A stretch of DNA of 36,452 bases from Oscillospiraceae bacterium (GTDB taxonomy: Bacteria; Bacillota; Clostridia; Oscillospirales; Oscillospiraceae): assembly GCA_045537855.1 (NCBI GenBank), contig JAZSQG010000215.1, positions 1-36,452 on the forward strand. The letters run 5' to 3'. The translations under genes and the position numbers were made by a program. Below the pieces are notes generated by a model. The model was not told the DNA's origin and did no database searches. It saw only the letters and a program-made list of their open reading frames with translations. Positions 7,738 to 16,752 of this stretch are shown here, in pieces (position 1 is the stretch's first letter; every line of letters starts with the position of its first letter).

Positions 7738-8555
7738 TGACGCCGGACTGCAGGGCCATCCGGTCCTTTGCACGCATGTGCAACGACGGCTGGCTGCAAG
7801 GCTGGCATGAGCGCAACGGCGGAAACCTGACCTATCGACTGACGGAGGAGGATGTGGCAGAGTGCCGCCCCTTCTTTAAGGAGCCCGGTCCCTGGACCGA
7901 TATGGGCGTTGCGGATGCGTATCTCGCCGGTGCTTATTTTCTCTCCACCGGCAGCGGGAAATACATGCGCAACATCCAGGAAGCCCCGGATGAGAATCTC
8001 TGTATTCTGGAGATCAACGAAGCGGGCAGCGCCTGGCGCATCGTCTGGGGCCTTGTGGGAGGCGGGAAGCCCACCAGTGAGTTTTCCAGCCACTACCTGT
8101 GCCACTGTGTCCGCGCCAGGGCTACAAATGGCGAGACCAGGGTCATGTATCATGCCCACCCGGCTCATATCGTAGCCCTGACCTTTGTGCTGCCCCTCAC
8201 CAGCCGTGCCTTCACCCGCGCCCTGTGGCAGAGTGAAACGGAGTGCCCCATCGTATTCCCCAACGGCGTCGGTGTGGTGGAATTCATGGTGCCCGGCGGA
8301 AGCGAGATCGCAAGAGCCACGGAGAAAATGATGGCCCGGCATGACGCTGTGGTGTGGGCGCATCATGGGCTCTTCACCTCCGGGCCGGACTTTGATACGG
8401 CTTTCGGACTGATGCATACCATTGAGAAGGCAGCGCAGATCCGCATTCTCGCCCTGTCTGCAGGGCAGGGACAGCTGCGGCAGGCGATTTCCGATCAGGA
8501 GATCCTCGCGGTAGCAAAAACATATGACAAGGAACTGGATGTCAGTCTGCTGTGA
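7737..8555 (+). CDS. rhaD: Class II aldolase, rhamnulose-1-phosphate aldolase (RhaD)-like
   Basis: Collinear with E. coli RhaD from memory: WLQGWHERNGGNLTYRL, STGSGKYMRN, PTSEFSSHYLCH (catalytic Glu), VMYHAHPAHIVALT and WAHHGLFTSG (three Zn-binding His). The start overlaps the SDR stop (TGATG), indicating translational coupling. Confidence 0.85.
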   Translation: MTPDCRAIRSFARMCNDGWLQGWHERNGGNLTYRLTEEDVAECRPFFKEPGPWTDMGVADAYLAGAYFLSTGSGKYMRNIQEAPDENLCILEINEAGSAWRIVWGLVGGGKPTSEFSSHYLCHCVRARATNGETRVMYHAHPAHIVALTFVLPLTSRAFTRALWQSETECPIVFPNGVGVVEFMVPGGSEIARATEKMMARHDAVVWAHHGLFTSGPDFDTAFGLMHTIEKAAQIRILALSAGQGQLRQAISDQEILAVAKTYDKELDVSLL

Positions 8556-8593
8556 CAGGTACGGTCCCGGACATATGGAACAGGAGGAAGAAC

Positions 8594-9343
8594 ATGTCAG
8601 CGGAACGGAAATTTCGCAGTGCGATCAACGGCTTCAACCGTCAGGATGTAGCCACCTATATTGAAGCGGCCTCTGCCCGAGCCGCCGCCACCAAGGCGGA
8701 GAAGGAAAAACTACAGACCCGCTGTACCCGGCTGGAAGCTGCTCTGGATGCATCGGAGCGCAGCGCGTCGGAAGCCGCTGCCCGCTGTGAGGAACTGGAA
8801 GCGCAGCTGGCGGCCCTGCAGGATGATTTTGACAGTACCCGTCGGGAACTGGAGGATGTGCGCAGCGAGAAGGAACTGCTGGCTTCTGTTTCCGTCAGCG
8901 GGGAAGAGCTTCTGTCCATGCGAAAAGCTCTGGAGGAAGCCCGGGAGAAGCTCGCCCGGAAGGAAGAGGAGCTTGCAGACTGCCTTGCCAAGGCGGTGGA
9001 GTATGATGCGGTGAAGGATCGGGTCGCGTCTCTGGAGCTGTCTGCCAGCCGCCGGGCCGTGGAAATTGAGCGCTCCGCGGAAGAACATGCGGCGCAGGTG
9101 CTGCAGAATGCCCGCCAGGCGGACGCTGCGGCCCAGCAGGCCCGGGAGGCGGCGGCGCTGCATTTCCGCAGCCAGCTGGGGAAGCTGAGCCGGGACAGCC
9201 GCTTCAGTGCATCTCTTCTGACCAAGGAGCTGAGCCAGCTGACGGAGAGCCTGGGCCGACTTGCTGCGGAACTGGATACCGCGGCAGGGGAACTGGATAC
9301 TCCGCAGCCCGGCATTTCCGCGCCGGAAACGGAAGAAAACTGA
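8594..9343 (+). CDS. DivIVA-domain-like coiled-coil protein
   Basis: N-terminal FRSAINGFNRQDVATYIE resembles the DivIVA N-domain (F..GY..EV..FL). The rest is Ala/Glu/Arg/Leu-rich heptad-like coiled coil. Start set at MSAERK, with AGGAGGAAG 5 nt upstream. Confidence 0.55.
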   Translation: MSAERKFRSAINGFNRQDVATYIEAASARAAATKAEKEKLQTRCTRLEAALDASERSASEAAARCEELEAQLAALQDDFDSTRRELEDVRSEKELLASVSVSGEELLSMRKALEEAREKLARKEEELADCLAKAVEYDAVKDRVASLELSASRRAVEIERSAEEHAAQVLQNARQADAAAQQAREAAALHFRSQLGKLSRDSRFSASLLTKELSQLTESLGRLAAELDTAAGELDTPQPGISAPETEEN

Positions 9344-9361
9344 GCCGAGAGAAGAAGCATC

Positions 9362-10126
9362 ATGAGTATTTTTGAAACCATTCGGAAACGCCGGAGCTTT
9401 CAGAGCTTCCGGCAGGAGCCGCTGGACGAGGGCGTGATGGAGGAACTCATCGACTTCCTCTCCGGGCTGACTGCACCGGTACCGGAAATTGACTGGAACT
9501 TCGACACGCTGCCTTACCTGGATCTGGTGAAGATCGCCAGCAGCGAGCCGGGGATTAAGGCACCCTGCTATCTGGTGCTGCGGGCGGAGCGCAAGCAGTT
9601 CAGCCTGCAGAATTGCGGATATCTGGGAGAGCGGGCAGTCCTGTTCCTCACGGAGCGGGGGATTGCCAGCAGCTGGCAGGGGAGTATCCGCATCAATGCC
9701 GCCAATGATTTTGAGGGGAGCCTTCCCTATGTGACGGCCATTGCCATCGGCATGTCCGACGAGGAGTTCCGCTCGCCTCAGCAGCAGGCGGAGCGCAAGC
9801 CTCTGGAGAAGGTGGCGTATAACCGGGAGGAAGCCTACAAGCCCATTATGGAAGCAGCCAGGCTTTCCCCCTCGTCCTTTAACCGTCAGCCCTGCGTGTT
9901 CGTCAGCGATGATCGGGAGCGGGTGCACATCTTCCGTAAGCAGCCCTTCTTCAATAACCCCGTCACCAATTTTGCCCAGTGCGTGGATGTGGGTGCGGCC
10001 ATGGCCCACGTGGAGCTTGCGGCCCGGGAGTGCGGCTTTAAGCCGGAATTCATGCGCATGAAGCCGGAACCCCGCTTCAAGCATGGCCTCGTTTATCAGG
10101 CCAGCTACGCGCTCCATAAGGAGTAA
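9362..10126 (+). CDS. Nitroreductase-family (FMN-dependent) protein
   Basis: N-terminal ETIRKRRSFQSFRQEPL is the typical nitroreductase opening. The C-terminal part has AARLSPSSFNRQP (the S..N.QPW-like signature). Confidence 0.75.
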   Translation: MSIFETIRKRRSFQSFRQEPLDEGVMEELIDFLSGLTAPVPEIDWNFDTLPYLDLVKIASSEPGIKAPCYLVLRAERKQFSLQNCGYLGERAVLFLTERGIASSWQGSIRINAANDFEGSLPYVTAIAIGMSDEEFRSPQQQAERKPLEKVAYNREEAYKPIMEAARLSPSSFNRQPCVFVSDDRERVHIFRKQPFFNNPVTNFAQCVDVGAAMAHVELAARECGFKPEFMRMKPEPRFKHGLVYQASYALHKE

Positions 10127-10143
10127 ACAGTACAGATTCGTGC

Positions 10144-10185
10144 AAAACCCCTGCGTGTCCCGCTTTTGGGATACGCAGGGGTTTT
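10144..10185. terminator. Terminator hairpin after the nitroreductase gene
   Basis: AAAACCCCTGCGT ... ACGCAGGGGTTTT, a 13-bp outer stem with an inner TCCC/GGGA pair. U-tracts are possible on both strands. Confidence 0.75.
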
Positions 10186-10210
10186 AGGTTCCGCCGGTGG
10201 GGAGGAGTAC

Positions 10211-10244
10211 AAAAAAGGAAGCCCCGCCAAATGTCGGTACTTCC
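10211..10244 (-). terminator. Probable terminator after hppA
   Basis: On the minus strand, GGAAGTACCGAC-ATTT-GGCGGGGCTTCC (10 of 12 pairs including one G-U) followed by TTTTTTG, 18 nt after the stop. Confidence 0.55.
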
Positions 10245-10261
10245 TGCAGATCACATTCGGT

Positions 10262-12379
10262 TTAGAACCAGTTGCACTTGGCAATCAGGCCGGAGAACAC
10301 GATGGAAACCATGCTCATGAGCTTGATGAGAATGTTGATGCTGGGGCCGGAAGTATCCTTGAAGGGGTCGCTGATGGTGTCGCCAACGACGGCAGCCTTG
10401 TGGTTGTCGGAGCCCTTGCCGCCATTGTGGCCGGCTTCGATGTACTTCTTGGCATTGTCCCAGGCACCGCCGGAGTTGGACATGAAAACGGCCATGATGA
10501 AACCGGAAGCGGTGGAGCCGCAGAGCAGACCCAGCACGCCGGAGCCGCCGAGAATGACGCCAACGAGGATGGGGGAGATGATGCCGACCACGGCGGGAAG
10601 CACCATTTCCTTCAGAGAGGAACGGGAGCAGAGGTCAACGCAGCGGGCATAGTCGGCTTCCACGCCGGGCTTGCCTTCCAGCAGACCGGCGATCTCCCGG
10701 AACTGACGGCGGACTTCCACCACGACGCTCTGGGCAGCGCGGCCCACAGCACTCATGGTCAGTGCGGAGAAGAGGAAGGGCAGCATGGCGCCCACAAAGA
10801 TACCGACCAGCACGCAGGGATCCAGCAGATTCATGGAAACTTCGGAGCCGGCGCCGATCATCTTCTCTTCGAAGTTGGCGATCAGGGCCAGGGCGGTGAG
10901 GGCGGCGGAGCCGATGGCAAAGCCCTTGCCGGTGGCGGCAGTGGTGTTGCCCAGGGAGTCCAGCGCGTCGGTGCGCTCACGGACTTCGGCGGGGAGGCTG
11001 GCCATTTCGGCGATACCGCCGGCATTGTCGGCCACAGGGCCGTAAGCGTCGATGGAGAGGGTGATGCCCAGGGTGGACAGCATGCCCACGGCAGCCACGG
11101 AAACACCGTAGAGGCCCAGGGTAGCGTCACGGCCTTCGATGCCGATCTGGGCGCAGAAGTAAGCGATAATGACGGCAGCGCCGACGATGAGGATAGGCAG
11201 CAGGGTGCTCATCATACCCAGGGACAGACCGCTGATGATGAGGGTGGCGGTGCCGGTCTCGGAGGAGTCGGCCAGACGCTGGGTAGGTTTGTAGGTATCG
11301 GAGGTGTAGTACTCGGTGACCTTACCGATGGCAACACCGGCAACCAGACCGGCGAGAATGGCGATGTACACGCCGTAGTTCTCGATGCCCAGCAGCCACC
11401 ACACGGCGAAGAAGCTGATGATGGCGGTGGCGATAGCGGCAAAGTTGGTGCCCTTGGACAGAGCGCTCAGCAGTTCCTTCTGGCTGGCCTTTTCCTTGGT
11501 CTTGACCAGGAAAGTACCGATGATGGAGCAGATGACGCCCACGGCGGCCATGATGAGAGGCAGCGCAACGGCGTTCACCGCATCGATTGCGGGGATCTTG
11601 TTGAAAGCAGCCACGCCCAGGGCGCAGGTGGAGAGGATGGAGCCAACATAGGACTCGTACAGGTCGGCGCCCATGCCGGCCACGTCGCCCACGTTGTCGC
11701 CCACATTGTCGGCGATGGCGGCGGGGTTACGGGGATCGTCTTCGGGGATACCGGCTTCCACCTTGCCCACAAGGTCAGCGCCCACGTCGGCAGCCTTGGT
11801 GAAGATGCCGCCGCCAACACGGGCAAAGAGAGCCATGCAGCTGGCGCCCATGCCGAAGGTGATCATGGTGGCGGTGATCTCAGCCAGAGAAAGGCCGAAG
11901 GCAGGGATGCTCAGGATGCCGTACCAGATGGAGATATCCAGCAGGCCAAGACCGACCACGGTAAAGCCCATGACGGTGCCGGCGGAGAAGGCCACGCGCA
12001 GACCCTTGTTCAGACCGTTCTGGGCGGCGGCTGCGGTACGGGCATTGGCAGCCGTGGCGATCTTCATGCCGATGAAGCCGCTGAGGCCGGAGAAGAAGCC
12101 GCCGGTCACAAATGCGATGGGCACAAACCAGCTCAGCAGGTCCATGGCCGCCAGAACGGCGATCACGATGACCATGCAGACGAAGAAAATGCCCACGGTC
12201 TTGTACTGCCGCTTCAGGAACGCGTTGGCGCCCTTACGAACGTTTGCGGAAATCCGCTTCATCAGGTCGGTGCCCTGGTCGAAACTCATGACCTTCTTCG
12301 CCTGAAGAACGACGAAGAGGAGCGCAACGACAGCGGCAAAGAGGCTGACGAGGTAGAGGTTGTTCAGGATAAAATCCAT
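10262..12379 (-). CDS. hppA: Membrane-integral H+/Na+-translocating pyrophosphatase
   Basis: 705 aa with about 16 hydrophobic helices. Family signatures: GGGIFTKAADVGADLVGKVE, DNVGDNVGDVAGMGADL(Y)ES, GGAWDNAKKYIE, GDTISDPFKDTSGPSINILIKLM. Start at MDFILN (12379) with an AGGAGTGA RBS. The ORF-track start at 12460 is a TTG inside the promoter. Confidence 0.95.
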   Translation of the reverse strand: MDFILNNLYLVSLFAAVVALLFVVLQAKKVMSFDQGTDLMKRISANVRKGANAFLKRQYKTVGIFFVCMVIVIAVLAAMDLLSWFVPIAFVTGGFFSGLSGFIGMKIATAANARTAAAAQNGLNKGLRVAFSAGTVMGFTVVGLGLLDISIWYGILSIPAFGLSLAEITATMITFGMGASCMALFARVGGGIFTKAADVGADLVGKVEAGIPEDDPRNPAAIADNVGDNVGDVAGMGADLYESYVGSILSTCALGVAAFNKIPAIDAVNAVALPLIMAAVGVICSIIGTFLVKTKEKASQKELLSALSKGTNFAAIATAIISFFAVWWLLGIENYGVYIAILAGLVAGVAIGKVTEYYTSDTYKPTQRLADSSETGTATLIISGLSLGMMSTLLPILIVGAAVIIAYFCAQIGIEGRDATLGLYGVSVAAVGMLSTLGITLSIDAYGPVADNAGGIAEMASLPAEVRERTDALDSLGNTTAATGKGFAIGSAALTALALIANFEEKMIGAGSEVSMNLLDPCVLVGIFVGAMLPFLFSALTMSAVGRAAQSVVVEVRRQFREIAGLLEGKPGVEADYARCVDLCSRSSLKEMVLPAVVGIISPILVGVILGGSGVLGLLCGSTASGFIMAVFMSNSGGAWDNAKKYIEAGHNGGKGSDNHKAAVVGDTISDPFKDTSGPSINILIKLMSMVSIVFSGLIAKCNWF

Positions 12380-12431
12380 TGCTCTGTTCTCACTCCTGTT
12401 ATGTATTTTTGTGGGTAAAGCAGCATTGAAA

Positions 12432-12460
12432 ATTATAACATAGTTTCCCGGCGCGGACAA
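12432..12460 (-). promoter_or_regulatory. Sigma-A-type promoter for hppA
   Basis: On the minus strand, TTGTCC - 17 nt - TATAAT with an extended -10 (TGtTATAAT). Confidence 0.6.
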
Positions 12461-12504
12461 GATAAAAGATTCATAAAAACAAAAAAAACATGGAGAATTT
12501 ATGG

Positions 12505-12533
12505 TTGATTTTTATGAGATTTCACAGTAGAAT
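12505..12533 (+). promoter_or_regulatory. Sigma-A-type promoter for the 111-aa orphan gene
   Basis: TTGATT - 17 nt - TAGAAT in the AT-rich spacer, about 40 nt upstream of the ATG at 12575. Confidence 0.5.
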
Positions 12534-12574
12534 AGAAAGGCTATATGGAGCATTAGAATGGGAGGAATACTATA

Positions 12575-12910
12575 ATGGCTTTGAAAGAGCGCGTATTTGT
12601 GGACAAGACCGAGATCGTCGCGGGTATCGTGATGGGTAATTCCGCCACTCGCATCAGCATCAAGGCGGAGGACATTGCCGAAGTGTCTGTTTCCGCAATG
12701 CCGGTCAAGAAGCTTTTCAAGACGACCATGCGGGAGATGATTGCATTCAAGATGAAGAAGTCCCCCATGCCCACCGTCATCATGCAGGAAAAGAGCGATG
12801 CAAAGTATTGGGATGGCTACAAGACCCAGATCGAGTCCTTCTGCAAGAAGAACCGCATCGGCTACACGGACATGACCAAGATGCCCGCGCCCCCCACGCC
12901 TGCCGAATAA
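12575..12910 (+). CDS. Hypothetical 111-aa cytoplasmic protein
   Basis: GGGAGGAA RBS 8 nt upstream. Normal amino-acid composition (Lys/Met/Ile-rich, unlike the antisense shadow ORFs). Has its own promoter and terminator. I recognise no family. Confidence 0.65.
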   Translation: MALKERVFVDKTEIVAGIVMGNSATRISIKAEDIAEVSVSAMPVKKLFKTTMREMIAFKMKKSPMPTVIMQEKSDAKYWDGYKTQIESFCKKNRIGYTDMTKMPAPPTPAE

Positions 12911-12938
12911 GCAGAAGACCGGGTACATCCGAAAAACG

Positions 12939-12978
12939 GAGACGCCGCAAGAGTTTGACTTTTGCGGCGTCTCTTTTT
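12939..12978. terminator. Bidirectional terminator between the orphan gene and pepT
   Basis: GAGACGCCGCAA - 11-nt loop - TTGCGGCGTCTC, followed by TTTTTG on plus and CGTTTTTCGG on minus. Confidence 0.85.
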
Positions 12979-12987
12979 GTGTGCTTT

Positions 12988-14214
12988 TTATTTCACGTGC
13001 AGGCGGCAGATGGCAACCAGCAACTCCACGATCCTGCGCATTTCGGGTACGGACGCGTACTCAAAGCGTCCGTGGCAGTTGCGCCCTCCGGTGCAGAGGT
13101 TGGGGCAGGGCAGCCCCATGTAGGAGAGGCTGGCCCCGTCGGTGCCGCCCCGGATGGGGCTGATGACGGGCCGGATGCCCAGACTGAGCATGGCTTCTTT
13201 GGCCACATCCACCACTTCCATATGGGGGATGACATATTCCTTCATATTGAAGTAGCTGTCCTCCACCTCGGCTTCGAAGGAACCGGCACCGTATTTCCCG
13301 TTCAGATAATCGGCGATGAGGCGGAAGCGCTCCTTCTTGGCTTCGAACTTCTCCCTGTCATGGTCCCGGATGATGTAGAAGGCGGTGCAGGTCTCCACAT
13401 CGCCCTGGATATGTCCCAGGTGGTAGAAGCCTTCATAGCCTTCGGTGTACATGGGGTCTTCGTTGGGCGGCAGCATGGCCTGGAACTCCATGGCCATGAG
13501 CACGGCGTTTTTCATGACATTTTTGGCGCCGCCGGGATGGCTGCTGCGTCCGTGGACGGTGAGTTTGCCGGAAGCGGCGTTGAAGTTTTCGTATTCCATG
13601 CCGCCCAGGGGGCCGCCGTCCACCGTGTAGCCGAAGTCTGCGCCGAAGCCGGGTACGTCGAAATGGGCCACGCCCGCGCCCACCTCTTCGTCCGGGGTGA
13701 AGGCGATGCAGATTTTGCCGTGGGGGACTTCGGGATGGTTCAGCAGGTATTCCGCCATGGCCATGATCTCCGCCACGCCGGCTTTGTCGTCGGAGCCCAG
13801 CAGCGTGCTGCCATCGGTGACCACCAGCTCTTCGCCGATGCGGTTGTTCAGGTCGGGGAAGTCCCTGGGGCTGAGGACCCAGACACCGTCACCGCTGAGG
13901 TCAATGTCGCCGCCCTTATAATCCACGATACGGGGATTGACATTGTGGCCGCTCACTGCGTTGGAGGTGTCCATATGGGCGATAAAGCCCACTTTGGGGG
14001 CGCTTTTTCCCTCGGGCAGGTTTTCGGGAATGACCGCGTAGACATAGCAGTGTTCTTCATCCAGGCGGACCTGGGAAGCGCCCATATCCTCCAGTTCCCT
14101 TGCCAGAAGCCGGGCCAGGTCAAACTGCTGCTGCGTGCTGGGGGAAAGTCCGTTTGCTTCGGACGTGGTATCAATTTTCACATAGCGGAGAAAGCGGGAA
14201 ATGACGTCTTCCAT
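12988..14214 (-). CDS. pepT: Peptidase T (tripeptide aminopeptidase, M20B)
   Basis: Opening [18 protein letters not shown] and [30 protein letters not shown] match PepT. Start at 14214 is chosen for the GGAGG RBS 6 nt upstream and homolog-like N-terminus. The upstream ATG (MVKK, 14253) overlaps the predicted -10 box. Confidence 0.9.
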   Translation of the reverse strand: MEDVISRFLRYVKIDTTSEANGLSPSTQQQFDLARLLARELEDMGASQVRLDEEHCYVYAVIPENLPEGKSAPKVGFIAHMDTSNAVSGHNVNPRIVDYKGGDIDLSGDGVWVLSPRDFPDLNNRIGEELVVTDGSTLLGSDDKAGVAEIMAMAEYLLNHPEVPHGKICIAFTPDEEVGAGVAHFDVPGFGADFGYTVDGGPLGGMEYENFNAASGKLTVHGRSSHPGGAKNVMKNAVLMAMEFQAMLPPNEDPMYTEGYEGFYHLGHIQGDVETCTAFYIIRDHDREKFEAKKERFRLIADYLNGKYGAGSFEAEVEDSYFNMKEYVIPHMEVVDVAKEAMLSLGIRPVISPIRGGTDGASLSYMGLPCPNLCTGGRNCHGRFEYASVPEMRRIVELLVAICRLHVK

Positions 14215-14254
14215 AATGACCTCCGGTTTTATGCGCCTGCGGCGTTTTTTAACC

Positions 14255-14283
14255 ATTATTTCTCTCCGCCTTTCCCTTGTCAA
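14255..14283 (-). promoter_or_regulatory. Sigma-A-type promoter for pepT
   Basis: On the minus strand, TTGACA - 17 nt - AATAAT. Confidence 0.6.
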
Positions 14284-14292
14284 GGCGAAAAG

Positions 14293-14321
14293 TTGACAAA
14301 GCCGCCCCGGAACCATAAAAT
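14293..14321 (+). promoter_or_regulatory. Sigma-A-type promoter for the M32 carboxypeptidase gene
   Basis: TTGACA - 17 nt - TAAAAT. GGGAGGA RBS 6 nt before the ATG at 14354. Confidence 0.6.
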
Positions 14322-14353
14322 GGAGAAAAATACGAACTCCGGGAGGACATGAC

Positions 14354-15862
14354 ATGTCGATCGGCACTGGGGAACTGAAGGCGAAGCTTCAGGAACTGGA
14401 AGCGAAAAAACAGGCATACGGCCACGCCATGGGTGTGATGCAGTATGACGCTGCCACGGTGGCACCTGCCGGCAGCGCGGAAAATCGGGGCAGGACCATG
14501 GGCCTGCTTTCCGAAGTGGTCTACGGACTGGAAACCGGGGAGGAGACCGGGAATCTCCTGCGGGAACTGGACGCCCGCCGGGACGAACTGGACCCGGTGA
14601 CCGCCCGTTCCGTGGCCGAACAGCTGCGCAGCTATGAGAAGACCCGGCGCATCCCCATGGAGGAATATGTGGGCTACACCATGCTCCTTACTGAGGCGGA
14701 TTATCTCTGGCACAAAGCCAAGGAGACCAGCGACTGGGCCCTCTTTGAGCCCTGCCTCAGCAAGATCGTGGCCTTCAATCGGAAATATGCCGGCTATCTG
14801 GACCCGGAGAAGCAGCCCTATGACGCCCTGCTGGACGAATACGAGCGGGGCCTCACCATGGCGGACTGCGACCGCTTTTTCGGCGTGCTGAAAGAGCGGC
14901 TTGTGCCCCTGATCCACAGAATCAGCGAAAAGGGGAGCCAGCCCCGGGCGGATTTCCTCCACGGCTGCTTCCCCATTGCGCAGCAGAAGAAGCTTTCCGA
15001 CTGGCTCATGTCCGTCATGGGCATCGACCGGGATTACTGCGCCATCGGCGAAACGGAGCATCCCTTCACCACCAACTTCAGCAAGAAGGATGTGCGCATC
15101 ACCACACATTACTACGAATCGGATCCTGCAAGCTCCATGTTCAGTGTGATCCACGAGGGCGGACACGCCCTGTATGAGCTGCATACCGCCGATGAGGTGC
15201 AGGGTACCTGCCTGGCCAACGGCGTTTCCATGGGGATCCATGAAAGCCAGAGCCGTTTTTACGAAAATCTGCTGGGCCGCAGCCGGGCATTTTCCGGCCT
15301 GCTGCTGCCGAAGCTGCAGGAGCTGTTCCCCGGGCAGCTGACCGGGGTCTCGGAGGAGGAACTTTACCGGGCCATCAACGTTGCCCGGCCCTCCCTCATC
15401 CGCATTGAGGCGGACGAACTCACCTATTGCCTCCATATCATCATCCGCTATGAGATCGAAAAGCTGCTTATCCAGGAGAATCTGGATACCCGGGAACTGC
15501 CCGCCATCTGGAATCGGAAGGTGAAGGAGTATCTGGGGCTGGAGGTGCCCGATGACAAGCGGGGTGTGCTGCAGGACAGCCATTGGTCCGGCGGTGCCAT
15601 CGGCTACTTCCCATCATACGCCCTGGGCTCCGCCTACGGCGCGCAGATGATGAAGTGCATGAAGGAAAGCGTGGATGTGGACGCCGCCGTCAGCGCCGGG
15701 GATTTCGGCCCCATCAACCGCTGGCTGGAGGAACGCATCTGGAAGTACGGCAGCATGATCGACCCCAAGCCCCTGCTGGAAGCCTGCGTGGGCGGCCCCT
15801 TCGACCCCACCTGCTACACGGATTATCTTACCGACAAGTTCACGAAGCTTTACGAACTGTAA
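14354..15862 (+). CDS. M32-family metallocarboxypeptidase (Taq/thermostable carboxypeptidase 1-like)
   Basis: HEGGHALYE zinc motif (HExxH), [25 protein letters not shown] and GYFPSYALG are M32 signatures. 502 aa. Confidence 0.9.
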   Translation: MSIGTGELKAKLQELEAKKQAYGHAMGVMQYDAATVAPAGSAENRGRTMGLLSEVVYGLETGEETGNLLRELDARRDELDPVTARSVAEQLRSYEKTRRIPMEEYVGYTMLLTEADYLWHKAKETSDWALFEPCLSKIVAFNRKYAGYLDPEKQPYDALLDEYERGLTMADCDRFFGVLKERLVPLIHRISEKGSQPRADFLHGCFPIAQQKKLSDWLMSVMGIDRDYCAIGETEHPFTTNFSKKDVRITTHYYESDPASSMFSVIHEGGHALYELHTADEVQGTCLANGVSMGIHESQSRFYENLLGRSRAFSGLLLPKLQELFPGQLTGVSEEELYRAINVARPSLIRIEADELTYCLHIIIRYEIEKLLIQENLDTRELPAIWNRKVKEYLGLEVPDDKRGVLQDSHWSGGAIGYFPSYALGSAYGAQMMKCMKESVDVDAAVSAGDFGPINRWLEERIWKYGSMIDPKPLLEACVGGPFDPTCYTDYLTDKFTKLYEL

Positions 15863-15871
15863 AACAAAATG

Positions 15872-15911
15872 AGACCTGCCTCCGGATGTGTCCAAAGGCA
15901 GGTCTTTTTTG
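15872..15911. terminator. Terminator between the M32 gene and proC (convergent)
   Basis: AGACCTGCCT - loop - AGGCAGGTCT followed by TTTTTTG. An A-rich tract on the other side allows use from the minus strand. Confidence 0.8.
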
Positions 15912-15920
15912 CGTTTCCGT

Positions 15921-16706
15921 TCAGCCGCCGAGCTTTTTATCCTTTTCGATGACGGCAGCGATGGCCTGATACACCGCGTGTTCAAAGCCCAGTTCCCGGA
16001 GCTTGTGCAGCCCTTCGATGGTGGTGCCACCGGGGGAGCAGACCCGGTCTGCCAGAGCCAGCGGATGCACGCCGCTTTCCTTCAGGTACTTCGCGCTGCC
16101 AAGCACCATGTCTTCTGCGATGTCCAGCGCCAGCGCCCGGGGGAGGCCGGCCCGCACAGCGGCGGAAGCCAGGGCATCCATATAAAGGTAGGTATAGGCG
16201 GGGGCGGCGCCTGCTACCGCGCTGAACACGGAAAGCTGATATTCCGGCAGCTCATACACGCTGCCCACAGCCTCGAACATCTCCCGGACAATGCGCACAT
16301 GCTCGGGGGTGGCCTTGCTGCCGCCGCAGACCGCCGTTACTCCGGCGCCTGCCGCCGCGTTGATGTTGGGCATGGTGCGCACAAAGGGGATACCGGGACA
16401 GGCTTCCTCGTAGAAGGCGCAGGGCTTGCCGGCGGCGACGCTCACCAGCAGCTTATCCGGACGCAGGAGGCCTTTCAGCTCTGCCAGCAGGGCGTCCAGC
16501 GCCTGCGGCTTTACCGCCAGAACGATCACATCCGAGAAGTTGACGAATTTTGCCAGACTGTCAAAGGCCAGCACGTTCAGTGCCCGGGCTTTCTCCGGGT
16601 GCTTTTCATAGCCGCAGATCTCCATATCCCGAAAGGTCTCGCTGGCGCGCATACCCCGGACGATGGCGCCCGCCATGTTGCCGAGACCGATGAATCCGTA
16701 AATCAT
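15921..16706 (-). CDS. proC: Pyrroline-5-carboxylate reductase
   Basis: MIYGFIGLGNMAGAIV Rossmann opening. C-terminal VCSPGGTTIEGL signature of ProC. GGGGAGG RBS. Confidence 0.9.
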   Translation of the reverse strand: MIYGFIGLGNMAGAIVRGMRASETFRDMEICGYEKHPEKARALNVLAFDSLAKFVNFSDVIVLAVKPQALDALLAELKGLLRPDKLLVSVAAGKPCAFYEEACPGIPFVRTMPNINAAAGAGVTAVCGGSKATPEHVRIVREMFEAVGSVYELPEYQLSVFSAVAGAAPAYTYLYMDALASAAVRAGLPRALALDIAEDMVLGSAKYLKESGVHPLALADRVCSPGGTTIEGLHKLRELGFEHAVYQAIAAVIEKDKKLGG

Positions 16707-16752
16707 AAGTGCCTCCCCGCCGGGTCAGTCCCGGCTCTTTTCTTTCACGGCC

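Noticed and set aside
10166-12418. 750-aa ORF on the plus strand
   Set aside because: Antisense to hppA, whose pyrophosphatase signatures are unambiguous. The translation is dominated by G/A/D/H/E runs (GGGADGKALAGGGSG...). Shadow ORF.
12380-12460. N-terminal extensions suggested by the ORF track (hppA 12460, htrA 3979, pepT 14367, dac-like 28599, EF-G 24735, SLH 17913, pepV 18994, comEA 28403)
   Set aside because: The extensions start at TTG/GTG or at ATGs without an SD. They run through predicted promoters or terminators and add non-homologous residues. Internal ATGs with strong GGAGG-type RBSs give N-termini that match the families.
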